Assembly: GCA_013265495.1 (NCBI GenBank)
Contig: MU058636.1
Location: 3,459,967-3,523,966 of the forward strand
Origin: Vicugna vicugna
Taxonomy: Eukaryota
Direction: 5' to 3'
DNA: 64,000 nucleotides
This document shows, one piece after another, positions 11,693 to 24,859 of the stretch. The notes below the pieces were generated by a model. The model was given only the letters and a program-made list of their open reading frames with translations, made no database searches and was not told where the DNA came from. Each line of letters begins with the position of its first letter. Position 1 is the stretch's first letter. Both the position numbers and the translations under genes were made by a program.

Positions 11693-13909
11693 CCACTAAA
11701 CTTTTTAGCTCCAAAGTTGATGTACATTAACTTGCAGTAAATTCAATTAGTGTTTTTTTTTTTCAAATAAATTTTAATGGCACCATTGGGCACCTGGAAA
11801 AGGGGTGGCCAAAAGGAGGAGGCGGGGGAGAGCTGAAGATAGGAGAGAATTTTTTCCTTGTCAATTCTGCCTATTTATTAATTGCTCACTGCTCCTGATA
11901 GCAAATCTCCACCCTGCTCCTCCCTACTGGCCTCCTATCAGTTACCTACCAGACTTGAGTCCCTAATAAGTAATCGCCTCTTCAACAACTGCCAGCAGAC
12001 ACAATGTGACACATGGGCCTCCTCCTCGCACCATTGGTCCCATCCCCAATAGCCACTGGGCACTTGTGGCAAGTGATTAGAAGCAGGAGATGCTGGCAAC
12101 TGCTATAGAACACACACATCCAGGAAGTGCGTTTATGTAAAGGTTCCTGGCAGTTTGGATGCTGAGCATCAAATAAAAGACTTACCAAAAAATGTTCAGG
12201 GGAATGGACCAAGAAACCGTCTTCTATCTTGCCTTTTTCTATGTAGCGTCTTTATAAAAGAAATGTTGCATCTTTGTGGTTGGATTTTCAAAGGTAAAGC
12301 TGTCCAATGGGAGAGGAGAAGGACTGCTGCTTTCCAGGCAACTTCCTTGAAAATTCAAGTCATTTAAGAAGAAAGACAACTGAACAGGTTTTGGTTCCTT
12401 TTACTTTTGTAGTCAACTTCAGGGAGATGGTTATTTAACACTCCTCTATATAGACATTCCTTCCATCAGGTCAAAGACCCCCACCCTCCGAACACACACC
12501 CTAACACTGTCATCATTCCCAAAGCCTCTTCTTAGAAACTCAGAGCTCACATTCCTCCACAAGGGAAAGCCGTCCCCTCCATGGCATCCAGCCTTCTTTC
12601 CTTTCAGTCCTAGACAGGGATCTTAAGGAACTCTGTCATCTCTTCTTTTCCCAAAATTATCCCCTAGCTCTTTCCTCTTCTCCTTTAAATATAACCAGGA
12701 CACTCCAGTGTGGAAAACACATTTGCTCACTACTCCTGCACCAATTCAACTGTCTTTTTTCACTCATAGCTAAATACTTCAAATGATTATTCAACATTTA
12801 TTCATCCTTTGGGATCACCACCTACTCTGTTTTCATTAATCCACAAAAATGTGTCCTAAGGTCAATAAGGACTTTGGGTTGGACAAATTCAGTGCTCTTC
12901 TTTTGGAATTTACCTTCTCATACACTTTTCCTTATCTCGTTGGGATTTAGCAGGAGTGAGGGAGACTTGAGAGGAGTAACAGCTGTTGGGGGGCTGCTGG
13001 TGGGCATTTCTGGATTTGGTTTCCTCTATAAGACTATCATCACTCACTCTATCTCCTTAGGTATAGTACAATCTAGAAGAATTTCTTAGTATAGGAAATC
13101 AGCAAATTCTTGGCCCTGAAGATGGGGTCAGAGATCACCCCCCTTTCCACAAATTATAGCTGAATGTGTGAGTGCTTAGGTCTGAGGTGGGCCCAACGAA
13201 TCTCTGATCTCCACCTTGGGTGGCTCTTCACCAGACAGTCTCTCCATCATCAGTTTTCAAGAACTGCAGCTCTCACCCATCCTGAATCCTTAATTCAGTA
13301 CCTTCTCCATCTCTTTTCTCTTGTTTCAAACTGAGTTTCTCTCTGCGTCACTGTCGTTCACGCAGCCTCGGGGTCTGTCCCAACACTGATTTTTCCATTA
13401 TCATGAACATTCCCCAAACCACACTCAGAAACCACAATTCCCTTCTCTTGTTCTCACAGAAGCACTAAGTTGAGAAATAACCCTTAATTAATTGTAGGCT
13501 CTCTCTTCCTTAAAAACCATAGTTGATAGTCTTGAACTTCTTAGTATCATTAAGACCAGAATGGAATCTTGAGAAGTCGGTTCTTCGGTAACATCACCTT
13601 TAAATAATTATGCAATGACTTTATCTGGAGAACTCAGAACTCTGCCCCAAGCCACTGGGGTTTGGTTAATGTGAACCTGCAGTCCATCTGCCAATCATCC
13701 TAGAGTCACCTGAATACCTTACACCTGGAGCACCAAGTACGCTACTCTAATAAAGGAATCCGACAGTTTTATTAAAGAGCCACAGGTTAAATGCAGAGTT
13801 GCCATCAATACAAAAGCTAGGAGCCTTGGTCAAATTACATGCTTTTAAGTTCGATGTGTGGACGTGAAGATATTTACGGATATCCCCATACATTTTAATG
13901 ATTTAGAAT

Positions 13910-14032
13910 GAGAGTTATTAACCTGAGGTTTGAAACCACCTTCAAATGTGTACATTTTTCTAGTGCAAAGGTTCAGCATTTTCATCAGATCCTTAAGGGG
14001 TTTATGGCCTCCAAAAAGTTTAAGAACCTCTG
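13910..14032. mobile_element. MER103-like hAT-Charlie MITE fragment
   Basis: TTAACCTGAGG...CATTTTTCT...TTTCATCAGATCCTTAAGGGG...AAAAAGTTTAAGAACCTCTG. Confidence 0.6.
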
Positions 14033-14308
14033 TTTTAGAGGAAAGGTAAGATTAAAATCAAGATATTATTATTTTATATATTTCTAAATGCATTAAATAA
14101 AAGTAGCAAATAACTTCCATTTCAGCAAACAGCAAGATAAAATATGCTGAATATTGTACATAATCATAACATGCTTAGTTAACTATGTTTAAACACTAAT
14201 ATAGACAATGTTATCCTAGCATTTTACATACTAAGTATTTACCTTAATATACACAAAACAAGTTTATCAGGAAGGCAGAAGTCCCAATACAGATTTTAAC
14301 CTAGATTG

Positions 14309-14490
14309 GTGGGGGAGGGTATATAGCTCAGTGGTAGAGTGTGTGCTTAGCATGCACAAGGTCCTAGGTTCAATCCCCAGTACCTCCACTTAAAAACAAA
14401 CCAACCAACCAACCTAATTACATTCTCCCTCTCCCCCCAAAAAATCTTTAAAAAATGAAATAAACATTAAAAAAAAGCATACAAAACCAC
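14309..14490 (+). mobile_element. tRNA-Ala-derived SINE (Vic-1-like)
   Basis: TAGCTCAGTGGTAGAGTGTGTGCTTAGCATGCACAAGGTCCTAGGTTCAATCCCCAGTACCTCCA, tail CCTAATTA...A-rich. TSD CCTAGATTG on both sides. Confidence 0.92.
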
Positions 14491-15181
14491 CCTAGATTGA
14501 AAACTATCATAGACTTACTTCCACTATTATCTAAGAAAACTTTCAATCAGATAATTTAAAGGCAATACTGAATACAAATAAAATCAGGATTTTACACAGT
14601 TCCTCAGTTACAGCACTTCATTTTCTTATAATGGATAAGAAAAATAAATTACTGTACATGCCTTATAACAGATTGATTAAAAAATATACTGTGGAAACTC
14701 CTTTCATAGCCAAATTTTGCAGCCAAAAATCAAATTCCGAGCCTGAAATTTTTAAACCAGGACCCATGCACAAGGTCCTAGGTTCAATCCCCAGTACCTC
14801 CACTTAAAAACAAACCAACCAACCAACCTAATTACATTCTCCCTCTCCCCCCAAAAAATCTTTAAAAAATGAAATAAACATTAAAAAAAAGCATACAAAA
14901 CCACCCTAGATTGAAAACTATCATAGACTTACTTCCACTATTATCTAAGAAAACTTTCAATCAGATAATTTAAAGGCAATACTGAATACAAATAAAATCA
15001 GGATTTTACACAGTTCCTCAGTTACAGCACTTCATTTTCTTATAATGGATAAGAAAAATAAATTACTGTACATGCCTTATAACAGATTGATTAAAAAATA
15101 TACTGTGGAAACTCCTTTCATAGCCAAATTTTGCAGCCAAAAATCAAATTCCGAGCCTGAAATTTTTAAACCAGGACCCAT
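14351..15181. repeat. Perfect two-copy tandem duplication, 414-bp unit
   Basis: 14351-14764 is repeated at 14765-15178 with no mismatch seen by eye. CAT microhomology at the junction. Confidence 0.95.
14765..14904 (+). mobile_element. 5'-truncated duplicate of the preceding SINE (created by the tandem duplication)
   Basis: Begins at CATGCACAAGGTCC, lacks the A box, identical to 14351-14490. Confidence 0.9.
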
Positions 15182-16195
15182 TCAGAGTATTCCAAGAATA
15201 GTTCTCAAACTGCTGAGAAGCATCATTTCCATAATTTTATCTTGGAAACGGATTTTAAAAATTAGCAAGTTTGCGAGAGCCGTACACAAACTCATCAAGT
15301 TATTGTGCTGTTTGTTTTTTTTACTTTTAAAATATAATTTATCAATTCATTTGACAAATATTTATTGAAATATTTATTTGAAATATTTATTTATTGACAA
15401 ATATTTATATGCAGGCACTGATCTAGGTGACAGAGTTACAGCAGTGAAAACACAGGCCAAAAACATATAATAATACATCAATATATGCTTATCATTAACA
15501 TTCAGATACAGAAGCATATAGAATTAAAAAAATCAAGGTTGTTCTCCTGAAGGTCTGCTCCATCTCAGTTCTTCTTTCGTAATAACTACTGTTAAGTTTA
15601 GTGCATTTTCCTCCAGACTTTTTGTTCATTTACAAAGACTCCCTTACATAGGATTTTTAAAACAGCCTGACTGAGGTATAACATACAGACTGTATAGATG
15701 CATATACATACTATAAAATTCATTTGTGTAAAGTGTACAATTCAGTAACTTTTAGTATATTTGCAGGTTACAAAGATTACTTAGACTAAGTGGATTTTAA
15801 AATTATAAATACATATAATATTTATAATTTATTTTAAAATCTACTTACCTAAATTACAGTGATATACAGATATATGTATATGTAACTTTCATTTTTCAGT
15901 TAGTACTAAACTTCGATGTTCTCTCAGTGTCAGCATAGACAGATCTGTGATTACTTTCTACAAAGAGAGGAATGTGTCCTAGCTCTGTCTCCCTTGTTAG
16001 AGTCCTTAAAAAAAGGATGCTAAAAGACAGCAATTAGGTAGGGCTGATTATGGCAACCTTGTGATTTCAATAGACAAAGAGAAGTTAGTTCATTTACAAA
16101 AAGTCTTAAAAGTCCAAAATGAACTGGGGAAAAAAAGGTCTAGAAAATATTTTAAAACACAAAAAAATGGTAATTTTGAAATAATAACATTGATA

Positions 16196-16565
16196 GCTAA
16201 CAGTTATTTAACCTTTACTTTTACTATGTGCAAGGCATTGTTCTAAAAGCTTAACACACAGTAGCTCTTTTTTTAAAAATAATTTTTATTTATTATTGTT
16301 TTTTAAACTTTTTCTTTTAATCGAAGTACTGGGGATTGAACCCAGGATTCTATCACTGAGCTATACCCCACCCCCCAACTCCACACACAGTAACTCTTTA
16401 AGTCCTTACAATTCCATGAAATATTTACTGCTATCATACCCATTTTACAGACACAGAAACTGAGGCACAAGAGATCAGGTAATTTGTCCACTAAACTAAT
16501 AAGCTGCAATGAGGCAGAGTTGGGCTTCACATCCAGGCAGACTGGCTTCAGAGTCCACATTCTTA
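16196..16565 (-). mobile_element. MIR, interrupted by a SINE
   Basis: TACTATGTGCAAGGCATTGTTCTAA...CCCATTTTACAGACACAGAAACTGAGGCACA...CCAGGCAGACTGGCTTCAGAGTCC. Confidence 0.85.
16271..16382 (-). mobile_element. tRNA-Ala-derived SINE (Vic-1-like), anticodon arm deleted
   Basis: Reverse strand reads GGGGTATAGCTCAGTGATAGAATCCTGGGTTCAATCCCCAGTAC. TSD ACACACAGTAGCTCTTT (16254-16270) / ACACACAGTAACTCTTT (16383-16399). Confidence 0.88.
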
Positions 16566-17722
16566 GCTGATTTGATGGAATGTTGGGGTGAGGGGTTGGG
16601 TGGTGCAGGACAGGGAGTGGTTTAGGATAAAAGTGAGATAAAGGAGATAAAGGGCTTAGCATAGGGCCTGGCTTCTAGTGAGCACACAATAAAAACAAAC
16701 AAAAATAAATTTTAAAAAATAAATAAAGTAAAATAAAATAAAATAATTATATTCTGTGCTATATCTTTTAGGCAGAATGTTCCTCCACGATTAGAAAAGT
16801 AACATTTCTGTTTGCCAGCCTAAGGGTTTGTTTAAGTAGCTGTCCTCATTTGGTGCTGCTACCATTCTGCAGGGTGACTGATGCTGCTCGGTTTCTTGGG
16901 GACCCTCACAGGTGTGATACACAGGTGCTACGAAGGTAAAGGAGACCACAGCTGAGCCCAAGGAGCTTGTAGCAGGGAAGACAACAGTGTGCTGTAGAGA
17001 CTGATGCTGTGGGAGCCACCAGTGGAGAAATCAGAATGATTCAGAGGCAATAAGGTCAGTTTCCAGGAAGGAAACCTTGAGATACAAGTTGAGAGGTAGT
17101 CAGATCTCGAGTAATCTTAAATGGCTCTTAAGAAAATTGGGTTTTATCCTGAAGAAAATGCAGAGCTACTGAGAAGGTGGAATGGAGTAGGGAGGCCTGG
17201 AGGGGACACCTGGGAGACTGAATGTGAATGGCTCCACCCAAGCCTGGGACACACGCTCCACCCAAAATATCTGTTGTTGTTGCTAGCTGGTTCCTTATCT
17301 TTTGACTCATAAACTTGTCTTCAAGTTTCTCCATTACAATGTGGTCTCAACTGAAAATAAGCTCTTATATCGCAGATTTGTCTTGCATGCTTCTTACTGT
17401 GAAGCATCTTTTCAGGGCTAGAGAAGCTCTAGTCACTTGTTTTTAAAACATCAGAGGCCTATGAAACAGCTGGACAAAAAAGGGTTTTCGAGACACCCAA
17501 GGGGGTGATTTAAAAACAAATACTACAACCAGCAACTCCATCACATCAAAGCCGCAGCTGGGGTGGAAAGAACTTAGTCCAGGGGAAGGTCTGGGTTAGG
17601 TTTGCAGCAACTTCCTTACAATCAGGGTCACCCTTTCTAATCCACAACAGAGATAAAGGAAGGTGCCCTTCACAAGCATGCTCAGATGGAAGGAATGAAT
17701 TCTGATTAAAACCAAGGAGGGA

Positions 17723-17850
17723 GTGGGGAGAGTATAGCTCAGTGGTAGAGCATGTGCTTAGCATGCACGAGGTCCTGGGTTCAATTCCCAGCACTCTATT
17801 TAAATAAATAAACAAACCTAATTACCTCCATTCAATTAAAAAAAATAAAA
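17723..17850 (+). mobile_element. tRNA-Ala-derived SINE (Vic-1-like)
   Basis: Full tRNA-Ala-like head and CCTAATTACCTCC tail. TSD TAAAACCAAGGAGGGA (17707-17722) / TAAAACCAAGGTGGGA (17851-17866). Confidence 0.92.
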
Positions 17851-19589
17851 TAAAACCAAGGTGGGAAAATGCCTGAGTTACACTGTTAAAGGCCAGAGTT
17901 GGAGGTAAGAGAGGGAAGGAGAGACTCAGACCAATTCTTAAGACAGTTTTTTACATTGGTAAATTAACGTATGTTTATTCACATTAAGTGGCGAAAATGA
18001 AGTATTATTGTAAATGCGCTGTATTTTTCAAATACCATTTTATTTTTCAACTTTTTATTACAGAAAATGGCAAACATGTAAAAACAGAGAGAAGGGTGGA
18101 TTAAAACCTTGTGCATTCACTGCCCACCTTCAACCATCACTGACACAAGGCCCACCCTGTTTTCATCTCCTACTTGCTGGATTATTTTGAAGCCATCATT
18201 TCACCTGTAATTCCCTCATCTTATAGTCAAGACTGCTTTTTTGATCTCACCTTTCTCTTCACTCACTCCCACCCACTCTGGGCAGTGATCTGAGGACAAT
18301 AGGTTACCGAGAGAAAAAAACATTCTCCATAGAAAATACCAAACTGGCCAGAAGAGAGTGAAAGTCCTCTGAATCAGAGAAAGATGAGGAGGTGGAGCAA
18401 AGCTTCACTCCAGGACTGGGAGGTGCAGAAAGACCCCCACCCCCCTCCCAGGTGGGGCAGCTGGGGCTTCTGAGAGGTGAAGAGGGGGCTCAAAACAGGG
18501 AAAGGTCACAAACCTAGGAGCCAGCGCAGGGTGTGGAGCAGCTTCTGGATTAGAACCATTGAAGATCTGCTGACTTTCATTCCGGCTTCTGGACTGAAGG
18601 GCACACGCTACTCAATGTGGAGAGCTTTGGAGGGAGAGGAAGTAGGTGTTCATCGCCCAAGGAGAGGGAAGATGTGTTCCCAGAACCACCCCCGTGTGCT
18701 GCTTGCTAAGGACACCCAGTACTGTCACCTGACTGACTGAACCAAACTTTACTGAAACCCTGTCTATCCCCAAACCCCTCTTTACACCAATCTGTAGTCT
18801 CATCCACCCCGACTCCTTCTCCTCTGATCTCATAGGAGGACGTTTCCTTGTTCCCGGCCAGCATGTCTCCTCTCACCCTTCCCCCTTCTGCCCCTTCCCC
18901 TCGGGGCTTTGCTCCAGAGTCATCCTTCCTCGGAACCACAACATGGCCCAGGGCGCTCCATCCATCCACACACACTCCAGCCGCTCACCTCCCTCTCCTG
19001 CCGCATCAGCTGCCCTCCTCTCTCGGATTCTCCCCCAGATCTACTTCTTCAAAGCCTCATCTTCAGGAAACTGTCTCACATTTGCTGCCTCCCTGCTGAG
19101 TCGGGGCTCCGGCTACACCTGTGTGCACTCACCGTGCAGTGAGTCTGCATCATTCTCTCCCCCCTGGGCTGAGGCCCTGAGGGATGAGACTGAGTCTTAT
19201 TTCTCCTGCATCCCTGGCTCTCAGGGTGCTTACTCAGAAGATGCTCAGAAATGTTTGTGGGAAAACAGTGGAGACAGAAAGATGAGCAAAACCATCCCTG
19301 CTCTCAGGGAAGCTCAGTCTTTACAGAGGCGGTCCTCCAAGAGCGAGGGCATCAGAGTGCTTGCCTACATCCTGGTCTTTGGGGGTTTTGCTCCAGCAGT
19401 TGGAACTTTCGTGGAAACACTCCACATCCTCTAGCACGATGGCAAGGCCCTTCTGAGCCTCACTGCCTCACCAACTCAAACTTCTGGCACTTCCTCACCA
19501 AGAAGAGTGCCATCTCGCATGACAGCATGAACTTTCCCAAGCCCTCATTGAGTTCTCTTCCAGTTTTTTCCCTTGCCCGGGATTTCAAC

Positions 19590-19810
19590 TCTTAATCCAC
19601 TGGCCACCACTTGCTGACCCTTTAAGACTCAGTTTCAGTGTCACCACCTGTGGAAAGCATGCCCTAGCCCCCAACCCTGGTGTCTTCTCCACTGCACTAG
19701 AAGATTCCTGGGAGCAAGGCCTTTTCCTTCATCCATATGTCCCCAGCAATGAGCACAATGTCTGGCACATATACACGCTTCAATACACGTTTGATGAATG
19801 ACTGAATGAG
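19590..19810 (+). mobile_element. L2 3' end fragment
   Basis: AGCACAATGTCTGGCACATA...CAATACACGTTTGATGAATGACTGAATG terminal motif. Confidence 0.65.
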
Positions 19811-20394
19811 GGAACACAGGAGCTGATTCCTTTACTTTCTGTCTCTGTAGAAACACAAACTGACTCTTTACACCAACGTCTGTGATCTGAGGAAGACTAG
19901 CACTGCAGTTTGAATTTTTAAGACCATAAGAATTAAAATTTCAGGAAACCACCCCACCGTGCTTTGCTGAGACTAGATTAAGTACATTTCTAGCACAAGG
20001 TGACCGGTCTTTCTCCCTCTTCTGGGTATAACTTCTGAGAATCGGTGGCTACTTTGGCAGTGGACATACCTATGCACCCAGTCATCAATTAACACAAGCC
20101 AGAAAACTCAGTGGACTGACTGGTGCGGCACTGAGCCATTGCTCCCACGTCACACTGTACAAAAAATGTAAAACTGAGCCTACATGTGTCCCTTGCTATT
20201 CCCAGTCAGGCTCTAACCCATGGAGTTAGTTACAGTAACATTATCCAAAAAATAAAGTTTAATCTAAGAAAGCTATTTTTAAACCACAGTCTCATAGGGC
20301 TGAAAATGATCCCACCCCAAAAAAGTAAGCATTTTTAAAAAAACCTCTTGGCCACCTACTTCATCCTTGCACTCAATCAAAACCATGCTCCTAA

Positions 20395-21252
20395 CATGGA
20401 AAGATGCTCTATATTGATAATTTTTAGAGAAGTGCAAACCAAAACTATAATGAGGTTATCACCTCATACCAGTCAAAATGGCTATCATCAAAAAGTCTAC
20501 AAATAATAAATGCTGGAGGAAGTGTGGAGAAAAGGTAACCCTCCTACACTGCTGGTAAGAATGTAAATTGGTGAAGCCACTATAGAGAACAGTATTGAGG
20601 TTCCTTAAAAAACTAAAAATAGAACTACCATATGATCCAGCAATCCCATTTGTGGGCATGTATCTGGAGAAAACTCTAATCAAAAAAATACATGCACCCA
20701 ATGTTCACAGCAGCACTATTTACAATCACCAAGACATGGAGCAACCTAAATGTCTACTGACAGATGACTGGATAAAAAACATGTGGTATATATACACAAT
20801 GGAATATTACTCAGCCATAAAAAAGAATAAAATTATGCCATTTGCAGCAACATGGATGGACCTGGAGATTATCATACTAAGTGAAATAACTCAGACAGAG
20901 AAAGACAAACACATGATATCACTTATGTGTGGAATCTAAAAAAAAGATACAAATGAACTTATTTATAAAATATAAACAGACTCACAGACAGAAAACAAAT
21001 TTATGATACCGAAGGGGAAAGTGAGGGGAAAGATAAATTAGGAGTTTGGGATTAACATATACACACTATTGTATATAAAATAAACAGCAAGGGCATACTG
21101 AGTAGCACAGGAACTATATTCAATATCCTGTAATAACCTATAATGAAAAAGAATCAGGAAAACAATAGATTAAATAAACTACTTTGCTGTGCACCTGAAA
21201 CCAACACAACATTGTAAATCAACTGTAGTTCAATTAAAAATAATGAAATTAA
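20395..21252 (+). mobile_element. 5'-truncated L1 (ORF2 C-terminus, 3' UTR, A tail) with TSD
   Basis: Translation includes [16 protein letters not shown] and YSAIKKNKIMPFAATWMDLEIIILSEITQ, the canonical L1 ORF2p C-terminus (stop 20937-20939, degenerate). TSD AAAACCATGCTCCTAA (20379-20394) / AAAACAGTGCTCCTAA (21253-21268). Confidence 0.95.
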
Positions 21253-23152
21253 AAAACAGTGCTCCTAAATTTAGTGTCCCCCAATTTAGCTTTGAATATT
21301 TTTCTAAAGGTATCCTGGCCTTCCCCCCATCTTTCATTTTGACAATCAGGGGCTTTCCTGATCATAACTTGAATTTTTCTCTCAAATTTCTCTAAATTCC
21401 CCCTCCTCCTCACTTTTCAATGGTCAGAACATGTGAAAGTATTTTTTGTCCATTAATCTTGCATTCGTTGTGCTTTTAGCAATCAAGCCCGACAAGAGCA
21501 CAGTCACTCTGCTTTGCATTTACCTTCCTGCCTCTCGGCTCCTGATCACACATGCCTTTCACATCTATAACACACTTATGAATTAATCCAATATTCTTGA
21601 TTTCTATTCAAAGCTCAGCTATCAAGATCTATTCCTATTTAGCTCTTGACTGCTGCCTGGGGGTGTGATGACAGTGAGATAACAGGGAAATATTAGTGCA
21701 AAATTTTGGTCTTTGAGGAATTTGCTAGGCTGCTGGCTTAGAGAAGATGCTGATACTGTTGTGATGAAGTATCAGGAATACGATTTTCAGTTTATATAAT
21801 GCTTTGCTGTTTTCTAGGCCCACTCATGTTCATTTGATCTAAGATAGTCCCGTGATACAGATATTATCTTCACTTCTCAGAGAGAAACTGAAGCTCAGAA
21901 TTGTTAAATGTCTTAACCAGGACCTCTCTGGATCATCTAACTCTCATTTTAACTCTCACCTACAGGCTAATCATTTCCAAATCTATTTCATATCCCAGAA
22001 CTCTTCCCTGAAAAAGCCAAACTTTCTTGAAAAATTACCTACTTGTCAACTGCACCTGGTTGTCTCTAGGGAGCCCGAGTTCACAGGGTGGAAATCCAGA
22101 CAATCAGCAGCAGGGGCTCTTCCTCCGCGGTTTCCTGTCGCAGGCGGTGGCTCCATGATCTGCATGGTAGCCCCAGCTGGGAATCTGGAAACCTAGCACC
22201 AGTGCATAGATGGGGCACAACACAGACCCTCAAGCAGGATTTGCTGTATGAGTGCTTCAGTGAGTGAGTGGTGGTGGGTCATCCCATCTCCTCAACCAGA
22301 TTAATTGGTCATAAAATCCTGCTGTTTGTACATCATAAATCTCTCTCAAATCCTTCCCCCTTTATAATCCTCACCTTGCCTCCCTTGCTGGATTGTGTTA
22401 AGGCTAAAATGAGATTAATACACATAAAAGTGTTTTGCAAAGAATAAACCTCTAGGGAAAAAAAAGAAAAGAAAGGATAAATCCTTCTGGGAATCTGTTA
22501 CTGAACTTACTAGCCCCCGTCTGCCTATTCCTTTCAAGCTATAATTTTTTTCTTTTTTCCCTCCTGACCTGCTGTTTTCTCTGCTATGGCTTCCAGAAGC
22601 CCATCACTCAGCTTGTACGTAAATACCGCTGATCTCTACGCACCAGCTTAGCAGCTTAGCTACATATCCTTTTATGTTTCTTGCTTCTGGTTATTTTTTA
22701 TAGTAAAATATGGGTTCTGAGAAGGCATTAAGCTCCTCATTACGTAGCTTTTATAGCCTCCACAGCACCTCATACAACCTGAGGCATATAGTAAGTGCTT
22801 AATAAATGCTTATTGATGGAGAGAGCAGTCCTCCTCTGCGCCCCTCCTCCCCACTATTCTGAGTTTCTCTCAGAATTCTATTCCTTATTCTTCAAGACTT
22901 AATGCTTATGTCAGGAACATATCTTCCTAAGAGATCTGAGAAAAGAAAACAGGCTAGGTTAGCCTATCGGTTGGAATTTTAAGGAGTGTGCTCATTCTAC
23001 TAAATGTACTAAGTGAACCAGGGTGGGCGCGCCAGACTGACCATTCATCGTGCTGAGATGATCGTGTTTTACCTGTGGACGAGGAAGAACGTTCTGGCTG
23101 ACCTAGCGGATGGGTGCTGTCTGCTTCCTCAGGTTCCCTTTCCTCTCCCTTC

Positions 23153-23275
23153 TTTTTTTTGGTTGGGGGGAGATAATTAGACGTATTTGTTTATTTGATG
23201 GAGGTCCTGGAGATTGGACCCAGGACCTCGTGCGTGCTAAGCATGTGCTCTACCGCTGAGCCGCAGCCTCCCCAC
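23153..23275 (-). mobile_element. tRNA-Ala-derived SINE (Vic-1-like)
   Basis: CCCAGGACCTCGTGCGTGCTAAGCATGTGCTCTACCGCTGAGC is the reverse of the tRNA-Ala head. T-rich tail to the left. Confidence 0.9.
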
Positions 23276-24378
23276 CGTCTGCCCTTCTAGTCACGCTTTT
23301 TCTCTAAACCAGGTTCACTGTTTGCTCCTGCTTGTTGAGTTACAATCTCTTTTAAATCCCGCTTCCCTGATCTGCCTCCCAGGTCCTGACTGGCCTGCTG
23401 GGCTGCCCCAAACTCTTCAGGCACCCATTTACAGAGAAGGCGTTCTCTGATTTACTCTTGGTTACATCCATTGTGTAGAGCTTGAACCAGGTAAATCATG
23501 GGTGACAACTTTCCAGGTCTCAAGGGCAGCCCACAGTTACCGCTGTAGAATAGAGTCAGAGAGGTAAGACTAGGAGGGATACTTAAGATTTAAAAGTCCT
23601 GGAATATCTGGCCAAGGACTGTGCGTGCACCTTGTTCTAGGAATACGAGGGGCCCAAGGAGGTGTGCATTTGGGGCAGTGGGATGGCTTGATGAAATCCA
23701 CGTTCAGGGGAAGTTAACCTCGGGCTGAGGATAAACTGCGTTAGAGGAAGGAGAAACCAAAGGCCAAGAGTCCAGGTGAGAAGCTGAGGCAATGGGGTTA
23801 GATGGAATCTGCAAAGCCAGGGCTGGGATGGTGACAGAGTACCGAAAAGAAATGCCAGCTGAATAGTCACATTGAAGAAAACACAACAAGACTTGATGAC
23901 TGACGGCTGTGGGGGATGAAAAAGAGGAAAACATGATATACCACTGTTCTTTAGCTATGATTGTTATTGGCAGTGTTTTCAGTATTTTAATTAACATTGT
24001 ACTTTGTTTTAGGTGTATGTTTATAAGCACAATATATATGTAAAACATTCTGGTCATCCACGGACAATGGCTCTGACACTAGAGAAAACTGGAATCACCC
24101 AACCATCCCCTTCACCACTTCGTGATCCCAGAGCAATTTCCTACCAGTTGGGTTTCCCATAGGAGGGGCCCTGGTCAGCCAGCCAGGCTGCCAAGTGTAG
24201 TTCCTCCTGCAGATCAACACACGGCCTCCAGGTGTGTGCATATGTGTGAGCAATGAGTCTCTGGGAGCTTGGTTAATGTGAGGCCACTGCTGAGAAAATG
24301 AGCCCCATCCGCTCCAACAATAATAATGACAACAAAATTAATCAAATTTCTAAAAAAATTTTTTATTTAACTAAAAAA

Positions 24379-24469
24379 GGGGAGTGGGTATAGCTCAGTG
24401 GTAGAGTGCATGCTTAGCATGCATAAGGTCCTGGGTTCAATCCCCAGTCCCTCTGCTAAAAAAAAAAAA
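24379..24469 (+). mobile_element. tRNA-Ala-derived SINE (short-tailed)
   Basis: GGGTATAGCTCAGTGGTAGAGTGCATGCTTAGCATGCATAAGGTCCTGGGTTCAATCCCCAG followed almost directly by an A run. No clear TSD. Confidence 0.88.
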
Positions 24470-24859
24470 TTCTGAGCCTGAGGAAGAGTGTCAGGATCAC
24501 AGTGAACAGCGAACTGACCAAGGTAATGTGCTCTGGGAAGGCCTCGCGGTGACAGTCTGCTCACCTCCTGGGCAGTCCTGCATCACTCTGTGCTGACTGC
24601 ACCACTGGAAAGCCACATTGTTAAATACCACATTATCTTCATCTGGATTCCATGTGCTCTCCAGCTGCCCCCATTTATGGCTCTCTAGAAGCTCTACAGA
24701 AGATCTCTTTCACCATTCCCTCCTGGTTTTCCTCCTAGGAGTCACTCCACAGGTATGTTGCGCACGTGCCCATTGCAACACTGCAACGTCTGCACATGTG
24801 TTTGGATGTCTTTACAAACTTGGATGTGATACACATAATGCAACCTTAGTTTGGCCAAT

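Noticed and set aside
15045..15368. 107-aa ATG ORF starting in the duplicated unit
   Set aside because: AT-rich chance ORF running into an L2-like end, with no homology recognised.
20595..20939. 114-aa ORF as a gene
   Set aside because: It is the degenerate C-terminus of L1 ORF2p in a 5'-truncated, non-autonomous copy.
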